A DNA stretch of 64,000 nt from an uncultured Gemmatimonadales bacterium (lineage in GTDB: Bacteria; Gemmatimonadota; Glassbacteria; GWA2-58-10): contig CAZJQI010000015.1 in NCBI GenBank assembly GCA_964548275.1, positions 6,842-70,841 of the forward strand. The letters run 5' to 3'. Below, one piece after another: positions 19,214-28,268 of this stretch. Each line of letters opens with the position of its first letter. The stretch's first letter is position 1. The position numbers and the translations under genes were made by a program. Under the pieces are notes generated by a model. It saw only the letters and a program-made list of their open reading frames with translations. It did no database searches and was not told where the DNA came from.

Positions 19214-19831
19214 CTACTTCCATTCATCAGGTCGGGCGATAGTATCGGTTCCTATCTTGATTTCATCGGGCAATTGGCATGTGGCTAGGTGTTTTTCTTT
19301 GATTTTGTAAAAGAAGTCCGACTCGATTTGAAGCTCCCTAGTTTTACCGCTCGAGCCGATAGGGATTAATATCCCCACTCTTTTACTGATAGATAAGTTT
19401 CTAAGATATCTTATTACAGGGATAAAATCGCTGTCTGAAGTCGATATAATTGCCGTATCGAATTCATCTAGGAGGGCGCCCTTTAGCACGGCAAGAGCGA
19501 TGTTGACATCTGTTTCTTTCTCTTCGTGGTATTTATGTGAGACGCCGCCACAAATTTTACACTTGACAGTTTTATTTTTGAAGTTACCAAAGACAGGTTC
19601 AACGCCCGTGTGTCTTAATGCCAAGACATAGATTTGATGTCTTTTATACGAGTCGGGCTTCCATTTGGAGTAGGCGGTGAAGTAAGTAACGGAGACAATG
19701 GTTTGAGTTTTCTTTGTGAATATTTGAGCTAGCTTGTAATAGTCAAACCACATAAATTTATGGTAACGAGAGTTGCCTTTGAGAGAGTGATAGATACTAA
19801 ACCCGTCAAAAAAATAAGCCAATCTTTCCAC
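19214..19831 (-). CDS. NYN domain (LabA/DUF88-like) putative ribonuclease
   Basis: 205 aa. FFDGFSIYH...DVNIALAVL...DTAIISTSDSDFIP motifs of NYN/PIN-like nucleases. AT-rich. GTG start. Confidence 0.7.
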   Translation of the reverse strand: MERLAYFFDGFSIYHSLKGNSRYHKFMWFDYYKLAQIFTKKTQTIVSVTYFTAYSKWKPDSYKRHQIYVLALRHTGVEPVFGNFKNKTVKCKICGGVSHKYHEEKETDVNIALAVLKGALLDEFDTAIISTSDSDFIPVIRYLRNLSISKRVGILIPIGSSGKTRELQIESDFFYKIKEKHLATCQLPDEIKIGTDTIARPDEWK

Positions 19832-19845
19832 AATAGCTCCCTAAA

Positions 19846-19875
19846 AAAGAAAACCCGACTCCACGTGGGAGTCGG
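19846..19875 (-). terminator. rho-independent terminator (minus strand) after waaA
   Basis: Perfect hairpin cccgactccca-cg-tgggagtcggg followed on the minus strand by TTTTCTTTTTT. Further hairpins at ~19945-19990. Confidence 0.5.
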
Positions 19876-19993
19876 GACTAACACAACATAAGTTATGTTA
19901 GGAGGCTGATTAACTATAAATATCGGCAACGATTTTGTCAAGCTTTAAAATCCCCTCTATCAAGAGGGGTGTCCGCCTAGCGGACGGGGTGTG

Positions 19994-21349
19994 TTATCCC
20001 GGCAAATCCCCGATTACTCCCGGAAACTTTCCGGACAGCGCCTCCAGCGTTCTTCCGGTCGCTCCGAGATTGTCTGTCACAACGGCGCGAGCCTTTCGGC
20101 CTGCCTGGTGAAGAAAGCTTTCATTCTCGATAAGGCGCCCGGCGATTTCTACAATATCGGCACCCTTTTCCACAGGGAACGCACCGCCGCGTTGGATCAT
20201 TATCAGCGCCTCGTGGCTGTTCAGATGCCGCGGGCCGAAAATCACCGGCAGGCCGAAACAGGCAGGCTCCATCACGTTGTGCACGCCTCGGCCGAAACTC
20301 CCTCCCACATAAACCGCATCCGCGGCACGGTACACCGCAGCCAGCGCACCCACAGTATCCACGATCACGGCCCTGGTACTGCCCGATACAGGCGATGTCG
20401 TGCCTCTGTCATCTGAGCCTGTAAGAATGGAATAGAGTTCGAAAGAAAGGTTGTTATCCTTGAGGAAAGAGACCAGGTTTTCCACATGCTCTTGTGTCGG
20501 TTCGTGGGGAGCCAGGATAAGCCGCAGGTGCTCGTGCCTGTTGCAGAGCTCAGCCAGCGCGGGCAGCAGGTGTTTCTGGTCTGCGGGCCAAATACTTCCA
20601 CAGGCAAAGCGGAAATGGTTTTTCCACCCACTGAACGCAACCACCAGAGGATCGTGCTCAGCCACCTCCGAAGCCTGCTGCCAGGTCTGGTCAAAACGGG
20701 TGTCCCCGGTTAGGATGCAGTTTTGCTTTTTTACCCCGAGCCGAATGAAATTCTTCGCATCATCTTTTGCAATCGCGCAAACCAGGCTCAACCCGGGATA
20801 GAAACTCCTGTGAAACCTGCCCGAAAGCCCGCGCAGCCTTCCCGAATCAGGGGACAGGGTCGCGGCGATTACAGCCACCGGTATCCCGGCCTTGTATGCC
20901 TGGGTAACCAGGTTCGGCCAGATATCGAACTTGGAGATCACGATCAGGGTGGGTTTGAGCAGACCGAGGAGCCTGGTGATATTCGCCCTGGTATCTTCGG
21001 GAAGGTAAAACACCAGGTTGGCATGGGCACAGGCGCGGGCCCGTTTTTCCACGGAAGGCGAAAAAAAGGAAAGGTAAAGCGGGCGTTCTTTATTGGCCGC
21101 TTTCAGTCCACGCATCAGGGGGAGAGCCTGAAGGTATTCGCCTACAGAGGTGGCGTGGAAAAGGATTCCACCTGTAACGGGAACGCCGTGGCCGGTAGCT
21201 GAGAGATAGCTTTCTATCTGGGTAAAACTCCTTTTACGCCCATTTAAGCCCCGGGTTACCTTGGGCCTGAAAACGGCGGCAAGGCGCGATCCCGCCCTTG
21301 CCAGGGGCAGAGCGGCCAGGTTATAGGCCAGGTGCCAGAAATCCATCAA
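19994..21349 (-). CDS. waaA: 3-deoxy-D-manno-octulosonic acid (Kdo) transferase
   Basis: 451 aa. N-terminal GGILFHATSVGE motif of WaaA/KdtA. C-terminal GT-B fold. Confidence 0.8.
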   Translation of the reverse strand: MMDFWHLAYNLAALPLARAGSRLAAVFRPKVTRGLNGRKRSFTQIESYLSATGHGVPVTGGILFHATSVGEYLQALPLMRGLKAANKERPLYLSFFSPSVEKRARACAHANLVFYLPEDTRANITRLLGLLKPTLIVISKFDIWPNLVTQAYKAGIPVAVIAATLSPDSGRLRGLSGRFHRSFYPGLSLVCAIAKDDAKNFIRLGVKKQNCILTGDTRFDQTWQQASEVAEHDPLVVAFSGWKNHFRFACGSIWPADQKHLLPALAELCNRHEHLRLILAPHEPTQEHVENLVSFLKDNNLSFELYSILTGSDDRGTTSPVSGSTRAVIVDTVGALAAVYRAADAVYVGGSFGRGVHNVMEPACFGLPVIFGPRHLNSHEALIMIQRGGAFPVEKGADIVEIAGRLIENESFLHQAGRKARAVVTDNLGATGRTLEALSGKFPGVIGDLPG

Positions 21350-21612
21350 TCACCCGCTTTTTTTCTAACGTAAAGTCGCCAGAGCGGCCCATTACGCAGG
21401 CAGCCCAGGTACTCGTGGCCGTAACCCTCGCACCAGGCCGGAAGGTCGGCCTCGATCCCGCCGTCATCGGAGATAACCTCGAGCACTGTTCCCCCGGGTA
21501 GAGTTTTTATTTTCTCTGCAGCCTTGACCACAGGCAACGGGCAGAACAGTCCGGTGGTATCGAGAGTATCATCCGCGTCGATGGGCTTTGTGAGAATCAG
21601 ATCTTCGTTCAC
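21346..21612 (-). CDS. TusA-like sulfurtransferase (SirA/YedF/YeeD family)
   Basis: 88 aa. LFCPLPVVKAAEKIKTLPGG...LEVISDD...DLPAWCEGYGHEYLG matches the TusA CPxP motif and fold signature. 4 nt overlap with waaA and 44 nt overlap with queH. Confidence 0.75.
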   Translation of the reverse strand: MNEDLILTKPIDADDTLDTTGLFCPLPVVKAAEKIKTLPGGTVLEVISDDGGIEADLPAWCEGYGHEYLGCLRNGPLWRLYVRKKAGD

Positions 21613-22144
21613 TTTCAGCTTTGCTATAGGTGCATCCGCAGTAATTCTGGCGGTAAAAATCGTACTCTTTGGCTAGTTCGCACGAAATCCGGTAACCGTC
21701 TTTCTTTTTGAAATCAGCCTCGAGGAATACAGTTTCCTCGCCCTCGGCAACGCTCCTGCCTGCGGTATTTACCTGGGCAGCTTTTTTGTGCGGGCTCACA
21801 GTAAGGGTTGTCGCCACCACCTCCGCACCGATTTTTTTCGCGACCCGGAAAGCCTCCTCGATTCGCATTCTGAAACAGACCGAACAGCGCTCTCCGCCCT
21901 CCCCTGTATCGGCAAGCGGCCCCACAAGCTCGAAAAAACGCTCCGGGTCATACCTGCCCTCGATAAGCTTTAGACCGAGATTCTTGCAAAGCCTGCGGAT
22001 TTCCCCGAGACGGAGCTTGTATTCCTGCTGCGGGTGGATATTCGGGTTGTAGAAAAATACGGTAAGGCGGTATTCATCCGCAAGCTTCCTGATCACATAA
22101 GGCGAACACGGGGCGCAGCATGTATGAAGGAGCAGGTGTTTCAT
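21569..22144 (-). CDS. queH: epoxyqueuosine reductase QueH (DUF208)
   Basis: 191 aa. LHTCCAPCS and YCGCTYS cysteine motifs diagnostic of QueH. Confidence 0.8.
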   Translation of the reverse strand: MKHLLLHTCCAPCSPYVIRKLADEYRLTVFFYNPNIHPQQEYKLRLGEIRRLCKNLGLKLIEGRYDPERFFELVGPLADTGEGGERCSVCFRMRIEEAFRVAKKIGAEVVATTLTVSPHKKAAQVNTAGRSVAEGEETVFLEADFKKKDGYRISCELAKEYDFYRQNYCGCTYSKAESERRSDSHKAHRRG

Positions 22145-22272
22145 CAGTCACCGATCTCTGGTAAGGGTACTAAAAAAAGAGCCGCACCCAGGTCCTGGGC
22201 CGACTCGAATTAAGGGAAAAGTTTACGAGCAGTAATCCACTGTAAGAGATATAAAGTGAACTTATCAGGCAG

Positions 22273-23310
22273 TCAGAACCTATTGCTTGCGGTTTTGCCT
22301 GTTGCCAGCGTCTCGTCGACATAGCCCAGCGCACCCATCGGGTGGATCGCATTCACCGGGCAGACCGGGATGCAGATACCGCAGCCGATACACTTTTCCC
22401 AGACAATCTTGTGCCGCTTTCCCTCCTCGCCCTGGATCGCACCTTTGGCCGGGCAGATCTTGGCGCATTCGGTGCAGCCGTTGCATTTGCTGTCGATCGA
22501 CACCTTCCCGCGCACCTTTACCCTGTCAACCAGGCTCTTGGTGGGACACTTGTACACGCCGATCACCAGGTCGGTTCCCGAGGGGTCGATCTCGGGCAGG
22601 TTGCCGTTCATCTTGATCGCCCCGCTGGGGGTTGTCTTGGCGCAGAGAGAGCAGCCGATACAGCCCACCTTGCAGACATCCTCGACCGCTTTGCCTTTGT
22701 CCTGAGAGACACAGCCGACATAAACCTGCTGGGTGACCGGGATCAGTTTCATGATGCCGCGAGGGCAGGCTGTGACACATGCCCCGCAGGCGGTACATTT
22801 TTCCTTGTCCACTACCGGCAGGCCGTTTTCGCCCATGTGAAGCGCATCGAAATTGCAGGAGCGCACGCAGTCGCCGAAACCGAGGCAACCGTAAGGGCAG
22901 GCCTTGTGGCCGCCGCTGGTCTGATGAGCGATAACGCAGGTCTGGATACCGTTGTAGCTGAACCTGTCCCAGGCTAAATTCTTGCTTCCCTGGCACTGGA
23001 CCACCGCCACCATGGGGGTCATATCCTCCAGTTCAACCCCGAGCAACTCGGCGATTTTTCCCGCCACCTCCTTGCCGCCTGGCCCGCAGCCGGTTACCGG
23101 AGCCGCGCCCTTGAGCACCGCCTCGGCAAACGCTGTGCAACCCGGAAAGCCGCAGCCGCCGCAGTTGGCACCAGGCAATAGATCAACCACCTTGGCCAGA
23201 CGGGGGTCTATTTTGATCGCGAATTTCTTGGAAGCATAGGCCAATCCACTCCCGAATAATAATCCGAGAAAACCTAATGTGAAAATCGACGTTATAATAA
23301 CAGGATCCAT
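22273..23310 (-). CDS. RnfB-like membrane-anchored polyferredoxin (multiple 4Fe-4S cluster motifs)
   Basis: 345 aa. N-terminal transmembrane segment, LPGANCGGCGFPGCTAFAEAV (RnfB-type Fe-S motif), then four CxxCxxCxxxCP motifs. No other rnf genes nearby. Confidence 0.7.
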   Translation of the reverse strand: MDPVIITSIFTLGFLGLLFGSGLAYASKKFAIKIDPRLAKVVDLLPGANCGGCGFPGCTAFAEAVLKGAAPVTGCGPGGKEVAGKIAELLGVELEDMTPMVAVVQCQGSKNLAWDRFSYNGIQTCVIAHQTSGGHKACPYGCLGFGDCVRSCNFDALHMGENGLPVVDKEKCTACGACVTACPRGIMKLIPVTQQVYVGCVSQDKGKAVEDVCKVGCIGCSLCAKTTPSGAIKMNGNLPEIDPSGTDLVIGVYKCPTKSLVDRVKVRGKVSIDSKCNGCTECAKICPAKGAIQGEEGKRHKIVWEKCIGCGICIPVCPVNAIHPMGALGYVDETLATGKTASNRF

Positions 23311-23523
23311 TTCATAAACCTGATTTTTATGACCAGATGTTCTCTAAAACGCAGTAAACAACCAGGATTTATTAGCTTGCTGAAATCTATAAAAATATAA
23401 CGTAATAAGGATCAAATTTCTACACTTTTTTATTGATCTTGAACCGTTAATTCCGCATCTTGCACCTGATTTCGCCCGGTAAGCGCACGCACCAGAATGA
23501 GGCGAATTCAAGCGGGGGCCTAA

Positions 23524-24402
23524 GTGATCAACCAGTACAAGCGGCTCGATGTTTTTCGCTGCAAGCTCGACTCGCACGAGTCTTTTGAAGGCAAGGTCAG
23601 TGTCTATCACGTGCTGAAAGTCAAGCGGTGCCTGCCGGAAGGCTGTTTCTATTTCAAGTGGCACTGCCGACTTCTCGAGAAAGGAACCAGTTGCAAAAAG
23701 GGATATAAGCACCCCGGTAAAAACTGCATCTCTTGCAGGTATTACTACGAGGAAAAGCTGCATAAGGTTCCGGAAATCATTTTGAACCAGGAACAGTATA
23801 AGGAATTTCTGAGAGAACTGGAAAGTTTCGAGGACTGGCTTTCGGATCACCTGGGCAGACGTCTCGAGGTATATGGCAGGGTAAATTTTGTGGGACCGGG
23901 GCTGGTCAAGACTGTCTATCCGAAAAACAGCAGGCTTTCGCTCAAAGGTTATCTGGTCAATTTCGCTGAGTGCTATCTCGGCAGGACTCATCTGGAGGAT
24001 TTCGTTTATCTCCAGCTTTCTCCCGGCGCCCAGAAAAGACTTCGCCTGGCTCGTGGCGACCTGGTGGAGTTCGAAGCCGAACTGACTCTGGATGAGGGAC
24101 GCCTGGTGTTGAGAGCCCCGCGAAAGCTCGATTTCCAGGAGAGAGGCCCGGATTCTTTCGAACCCGATCTCTCTGCTGCCCTGGTTGATTCCCGAGTGGC
24201 CACCCTGCTCAACGACCAGACTGAAAAATGCCTGAACTGCGAGAGAGGCCGCCTGGTGGATGTGGTTGAAAAAAATATCGGCCGGGTGCGGTTCCTTCGG
24301 CGCGAACTTTTCTGTCTCGAGGGTGTAAGAGATCCCTTGGTTTGCTCTTACAACGCACTGAAAGAACTCGGTATCCGCCGGGCGGGAAGCTATCAGAGCT
24401 GA
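23524..24402 (+). CDS. cysteine-rich hypothetical protein (N-terminal multi-Cys Zn-finger-like cluster, C-terminal CxxC)
   Basis: 292 aa, GTG start, 33 nt upstream of bioF on the same strand. Competes with antisense ORF 23344..23991. The plus frame is preferred for its protein-like composition and operon context. Confidence 0.45.
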   Translation: MINQYKRLDVFRCKLDSHESFEGKVSVYHVLKVKRCLPEGCFYFKWHCRLLEKGTSCKKGYKHPGKNCISCRYYYEEKLHKVPEIILNQEQYKEFLRELESFEDWLSDHLGRRLEVYGRVNFVGPGLVKTVYPKNSRLSLKGYLVNFAECYLGRTHLEDFVYLQLSPGAQKRLRLARGDLVEFEAELTLDEGRLVLRAPRKLDFQERGPDSFEPDLSAALVDSRVATLLNDQTEKCLNCERGRLVDVVEKNIGRVRFLRRELFCLEGVRDPLVCSYNALKELGIRRAGSYQS

Positions 24403-24434
24403 AAAGAGCTTGAACAGTCTTAACGGATAATAAT

Positions 24435-25607
24435 ATGGACAAACGCTGGGAGTTTGTTGATACCTTTCTGGAAAAACAGACCGAGCGCGGCCTGCGAAGA
24501 TTCCTCCGGCCGCTTTCTTCTTTTGAAAGCGGGGGTCGGATTGGTTATCAGGGCCGTTCGCTGCTCAACCTGGCCTCGAATGACTATCTCGGCCTGAAAA
24601 ACGATCCCCGGCTGGTTAAGGCAGCTGCCTCGGCAGCCCGAAAGTGGGGGATAGGTTCGGGCGCATCACGGCTGGTCTCCGGAACCACCGAGCTGCACGT
24701 AAGAGTGGAGCAGAAGCTTGCCCGCTTTCATGGCGCCGAATCCGCGCTCTCCTTCAGCTCGGGCTATGCAGCCGGGGTTGGAGTGATCCAGGCGCTGGTG
24801 GGCCGCACAGACAGGATTTACCTCGACCGTCACTGCCATGCCTGCCTCTATGACGGCGCGCGGGCCTCCGGCGCACGGCTGGAGCGTTTCCACCACAATG
24901 ATCAAAGCCATCTCAAGGGCTTGCTCGCCAAACACGGCGCTCATCGGGGAAAGGCCCTGGTGGTCACAGACACGGTGTTCAGCATGGATGGGGACTGTGC
25001 GCCACTGAAAGAGATCGCGGAGATTTGCCATAAGCACGGCGTGCTTTTCCTTGCTGATGAGGCCCATGCCGTGGGAGTGCTGGGCCCGCACGGCAGGGGG
25101 CTTGCCGCAGAATGCGGGCTGGTTGAAGATGACGTGCTGATAATGGGTACGCTGAGCAAGGCGTTTGGGGTGGCCGGTGCCTATATCGCCGGTCCGGAAA
25201 AAGTGCGGGATTACCTGATAACCACCTGCCGATCCTTTATCTACAGCACCGCCCCGCCGCCTCCGCTGCTTGGGGCGATTGAAGAATCTCTTGAGATAGT
25301 AAAGGGGGCGGATGGGGAAAGAAAACGCCTGCTTGTGATGGCCGAACGCCTGCGAGCTTTCCTCAACGAGCGTGGAGTTGACACCTTGCAGAGTTCGACC
25401 CAGATCGTGCCGGCTGTGGTTGGCGAGGTGGAACGGGCAGTCGATTTGAGCGAAAATCTTTTCCAGCAGGGCATATTTGCCCCGGCTATCAGGCCGCCCA
25501 CCGTACCGGGCGGCACGAGCAGGGTGCGCTTTTCGCTCACCGCAGCGCTGAGCGATGAGGATTTCGAGTTTCTGCTTGCAGCGGTAGGGAAGGCGCTGGA
25601 GGCTTAA
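24435..25607 (+). CDS. bioF: 8-amino-7-oxononanoate synthase
   Basis: 390 aa class II aminotransferase. PLP-lysine region TLSKAFG. Highly typical AONS sequence. Confidence 0.85.
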   Translation: MDKRWEFVDTFLEKQTERGLRRFLRPLSSFESGGRIGYQGRSLLNLASNDYLGLKNDPRLVKAAASAARKWGIGSGASRLVSGTTELHVRVEQKLARFHGAESALSFSSGYAAGVGVIQALVGRTDRIYLDRHCHACLYDGARASGARLERFHHNDQSHLKGLLAKHGAHRGKALVVTDTVFSMDGDCAPLKEIAEICHKHGVLFLADEAHAVGVLGPHGRGLAAECGLVEDDVLIMGTLSKAFGVAGAYIAGPEKVRDYLITTCRSFIYSTAPPPPLLGAIEESLEIVKGADGERKRLLVMAERLRAFLNERGVDTLQSSTQIVPAVVGEVERAVDLSENLFQQGIFAPAIRPPTVPGGTSRVRFSLTAALSDEDFEFLLAAVGKALEA

Positions 25608-25647
25608 TGAACTACCCTGCAGCAGAGCCGCAGGGTAGTTAGTCTAT

Positions 25648-26379
25648 TTAAATCGAATCTATCAGCTCCTTTGCCCCTCGTTCGGCAAGCAGCACGGCAA
25701 GCTTCCGTGTCGGCTCTGGCATTTCACCTGCGCCCGGCACATGGGGTAAAGGCTCAAACACCCTTACACCGCTGATACTCTGGATAATCTCCCTGTTGTC
25801 AGTCTCGATCTTTTTATCTGTTTCGGTCAAGTCACTGTCTGGCTCAGGGTGGTTGGGCACCACGGCTGCCACCTCCAGGGCTGCATTCCTTGCCGCGTGG
25901 ATGGTGAGCAGGCTGTGGTTGATCGTGCCCAGCCCGGCGCGTGAGATAACGATCAGCGGAAGGCCGAGCTGGCGCGCAAGGTCCATTGTTGAGATTTCCC
26001 TGGTCAGGGGCACGAGCAGACCCCCCGCCCCCTCGACAACCAGGGCGTCATAGGTTTCGGCCAATTCTATGCAGGAATTGACTATATGCTGAATCTCTAC
26101 CTGCTTCCCCTCCTGTTTTGCAGCTAAGTGTGGCGAGGCGGGAAGGCGGAACCGGTAGGGATTCATCAGGCGGAGTCTGTCCGGCTCAGGAGCCATACCA
26201 CAGGTCTTGAGGCATATTTCGAGATCTCCCGGTTCGCCGGGTGTGACCCCGGTCTGAACCGGCTTGACCGGAACGGTTCTGACACCCCGTTGGTTCATCA
26301 GGTAGGCCAGAGCCGCGGCCACCGTGGTTTTTCCTACCCAGGTGTCAGTACCGGTGATAAAGAAACCTTTCAGTTTCAT
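25648..26379 (-). CDS. bioD: dethiobiotin synthetase
   Basis: 243 aa. FITGTDTWVGKTTV P-loop. Classic BioD. Confidence 0.85.
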   Translation of the reverse strand: MKLKGFFITGTDTWVGKTTVAAALAYLMNQRGVRTVPVKPVQTGVTPGEPGDLEICLKTCGMAPEPDRLRLMNPYRFRLPASPHLAAKQEGKQVEIQHIVNSCIELAETYDALVVEGAGGLLVPLTREISTMDLARQLGLPLIVISRAGLGTINHSLLTIHAARNAALEVAAVVPNHPEPDSDLTETDKKIETDNREIIQSISGVRVFEPLPHVPGAGEMPEPTRKLAVLLAERGAKELIDSI

Positions 26380-26415
26380 TTTTTCCTTGGCTTTTGAGTG
26401 TTATTTTATTGCAAG

Positions 26416-26500
26416 AGTGGGCGCGGGCCGGCATCCTTTTTGCGAAAACTCGATCATTGGATTGTCTGCTAATGGTGATCTGGCAAAAAGGATGCCGGCC
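26416..26500. repeat. 24 bp perfect inverted repeat (long hairpin, ~39 nt loop) between bioC and bioD
   Basis: ggcgcgggccggcatcctttttgc ... gcaaaaaggatgccggcccgcgcc. Sits between the bioC stop (26542) and the bioD start (26379). Confidence 0.6.
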
Positions 26501-26541
26501 CGCGCCTTATCCCGGCCTCTCTCTTTATCCTGAAAAGCTCC

Positions 26542-27378
26542 TCAAAGACGCTGGCTCTGGACAAAGAAAACCTCATAGCTTGCGTAAACTCTGCCATCAA
26601 CCCTGAACCGTTTATCGTAAAAATCGATCGTCTTTCTCAGCAGGTTGCGCTCTACCTGAATGCTCATCGGACGGTAGTTGGGATTGTTGAAGCCGCGATT
26701 CTTTAGCGACTGCATGTACTCCCTGGCTGACGGGAAAAACTCGTATTTGATCTGTCTTTTGATCGTCGGTTTTTCGAAACCGGCTGACTCCAGGAAATCG
26801 GAAAGTTCGGGAGTGCCGGGAAGTGGGGGGCCATACCTGCTCGGGGTGAGCTTGATCCCTATTTGCCCGGCCGAGGTGCGGTAAGCCTCTTTCAGCTCCC
26901 GGAAAGTATCTCTGCCAAGTGTGGCAAAAAGAAGCCTCCCGCCTGGACGAAGAGCGTGGTGGATCCCGATCAGGGATTCCTCAAGGACGTTGAACCACTG
27001 GAATGTGGTACTGCTTGCCAACAGGTCGAACGAGCCGGGAGAGAAAGGCAGCGCTTCACCGTCTGCCTGAAAGAGCCTCACACCGGAGCTCCACCTGTCA
27101 AGTTTGGAACGGACCATTTCGAGCATGCCCCGCGCGAGGTCGATTGCGAGATATGAGGCGGGCTTGAGCTTTTCGGCAAGAAAGCCGGTCAGAAAGCCTG
27201 TGCCGCAGCCGATCTCGAGTACTCTGGCCCCCTCCAGGGAAAGAATGTCTCCCTGATCGGCCCACTCGACAAGTTGGAATGCGATTTCTTTTTGAAGAAG
27301 GGCGTATCTGTCGTAGTTTGCCGCGCTTTTGGAAAAATGGATCGCAAGAATTTTTTTATTTACACGTTCGGTGATCAT
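26542..27378 (-). CDS. bioC: malonyl-ACP O-methyltransferase
   Basis: 278 aa class I SAM MTase (VLEIGCGTGFLT). Directly upstream of bioD, downstream of bioH. Confidence 0.75.
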   Translation of the reverse strand: MITERVNKKILAIHFSKSAANYDRYALLQKEIAFQLVEWADQGDILSLEGARVLEIGCGTGFLTGFLAEKLKPASYLAIDLARGMLEMVRSKLDRWSSGVRLFQADGEALPFSPGSFDLLASSTTFQWFNVLEESLIGIHHALRPGGRLLFATLGRDTFRELKEAYRTSAGQIGIKLTPSRYGPPLPGTPELSDFLESAGFEKPTIKRQIKYEFFPSAREYMQSLKNRGFNNPNYRPMSIQVERNLLRKTIDFYDKRFRVDGRVYASYEVFFVQSQRL

Positions 27379-27412
27379 CAGCTATTTCCTGCCCTCAATA
27401 ATCATGTGAGGC

Positions 27413-28162
27413 TTAATTTTCGGGGAGAAAATCCCCGATAAGCGAGGCGAATCGCTTCTCCGCACCCCAGAATGGAATATGGTCACTGTCTTCTAAAACC
27501 ACAAGCTGCGATTCGAGTAAAGAGTCGTTAAGTTCCCTGGCGAGACGGATATCGATAACAATGTCTGCATTGGCGTGGATCACCAGAACCGGGCAGCGTA
27601 TGCTTGTCAAACGGCAACGCAGGTCGGTATGCTCCAGGTAGTGCAAGCCCCCTTCAAGTGCCGCGGTATTCTGATCCAGGTATCGCGGATAAAAGGTATC
27701 CCGGAAACTCTCAAAACGGTTGGGAGTTGCACAGTAGAACATCCGGTGGTGAAAATCTCTCACAACCTCGGCCGGGGCGTTTTTCAGCTTACGGGCCATT
27801 AGCCGAATGATACGCCTGTCCATCCCGTGCGCGTTATCCTTGCTCCTGCTGAATTTTGCGCAGGCCGAGATCAGAACCAGTCTGGATATTCCGGCCCCTA
27901 GTTTTTCAGCCACGCCAAGCGCTACCATCGCTCCCATCGACCAGCCCACCAGCGCCACACTTTCTGCCTTCTCCTTGTCGGTCAGGATCCGCGCGGCGCA
28001 CTCAGAATAATAATTCCTGCCTTCAGGTTCAGCCGAGACAGAACCGAAACCGGGTAAATCCATGGCCGCGGCCTTTTCCCTCAGCCCGGGTTCAAGACTT
28101 CCGATTACACGGTCAAACACCGCACTGTCTGTGGCCCAGCCATGAATCCAGTAGGAACGCAT
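27413..28162 (-). CDS. bioH: pimeloyl-ACP methyl ester carboxylesterase
   Basis: 249 aa alpha/beta hydrolase. HGW oxyanion motif, GWSMG nucleophile elbow. bioH-bioC-bioD order. Confidence 0.7.
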   Translation of the reverse strand: MRSYWIHGWATDSAVFDRVIGSLEPGLREKAAAMDLPGFGSVSAEPEGRNYYSECAARILTDKEKAESVALVGWSMGAMVALGVAEKLGAGISRLVLISACAKFSRSKDNAHGMDRRIIRLMARKLKNAPAEVVRDFHHRMFYCATPNRFESFRDTFYPRYLDQNTAALEGGLHYLEHTDLRCRLTSIRCPVLVIHANADIVIDIRLARELNDSLLESQLVVLEDSDHIPFWGAEKRFASLIGDFLPEN

Positions 28163-28268
28163 CTTTTTTTTCTACATGAATGGCTCAAGCTAATAAATAA
28201 GGCCCCTGGTCTGAATCCTCGCACCGGGGGCCTGGAGAGAAACGATTCAACTATGGATAGCGTACAGC

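Noticed and set aside
22342-22996. Several 100-210 aa ORFs on both strands over the polyferredoxin gene
   Set aside because: The Cys-motif-rich minus-strand frame is clearly the real one; the others are GC-frame artifacts.
23344-23991. 215 aa minus-strand ORF overlapping the 292 aa Cys-rich plus-strand ORF
   Set aside because: Less protein-like composition and no operon context; kept as an open question in findings.
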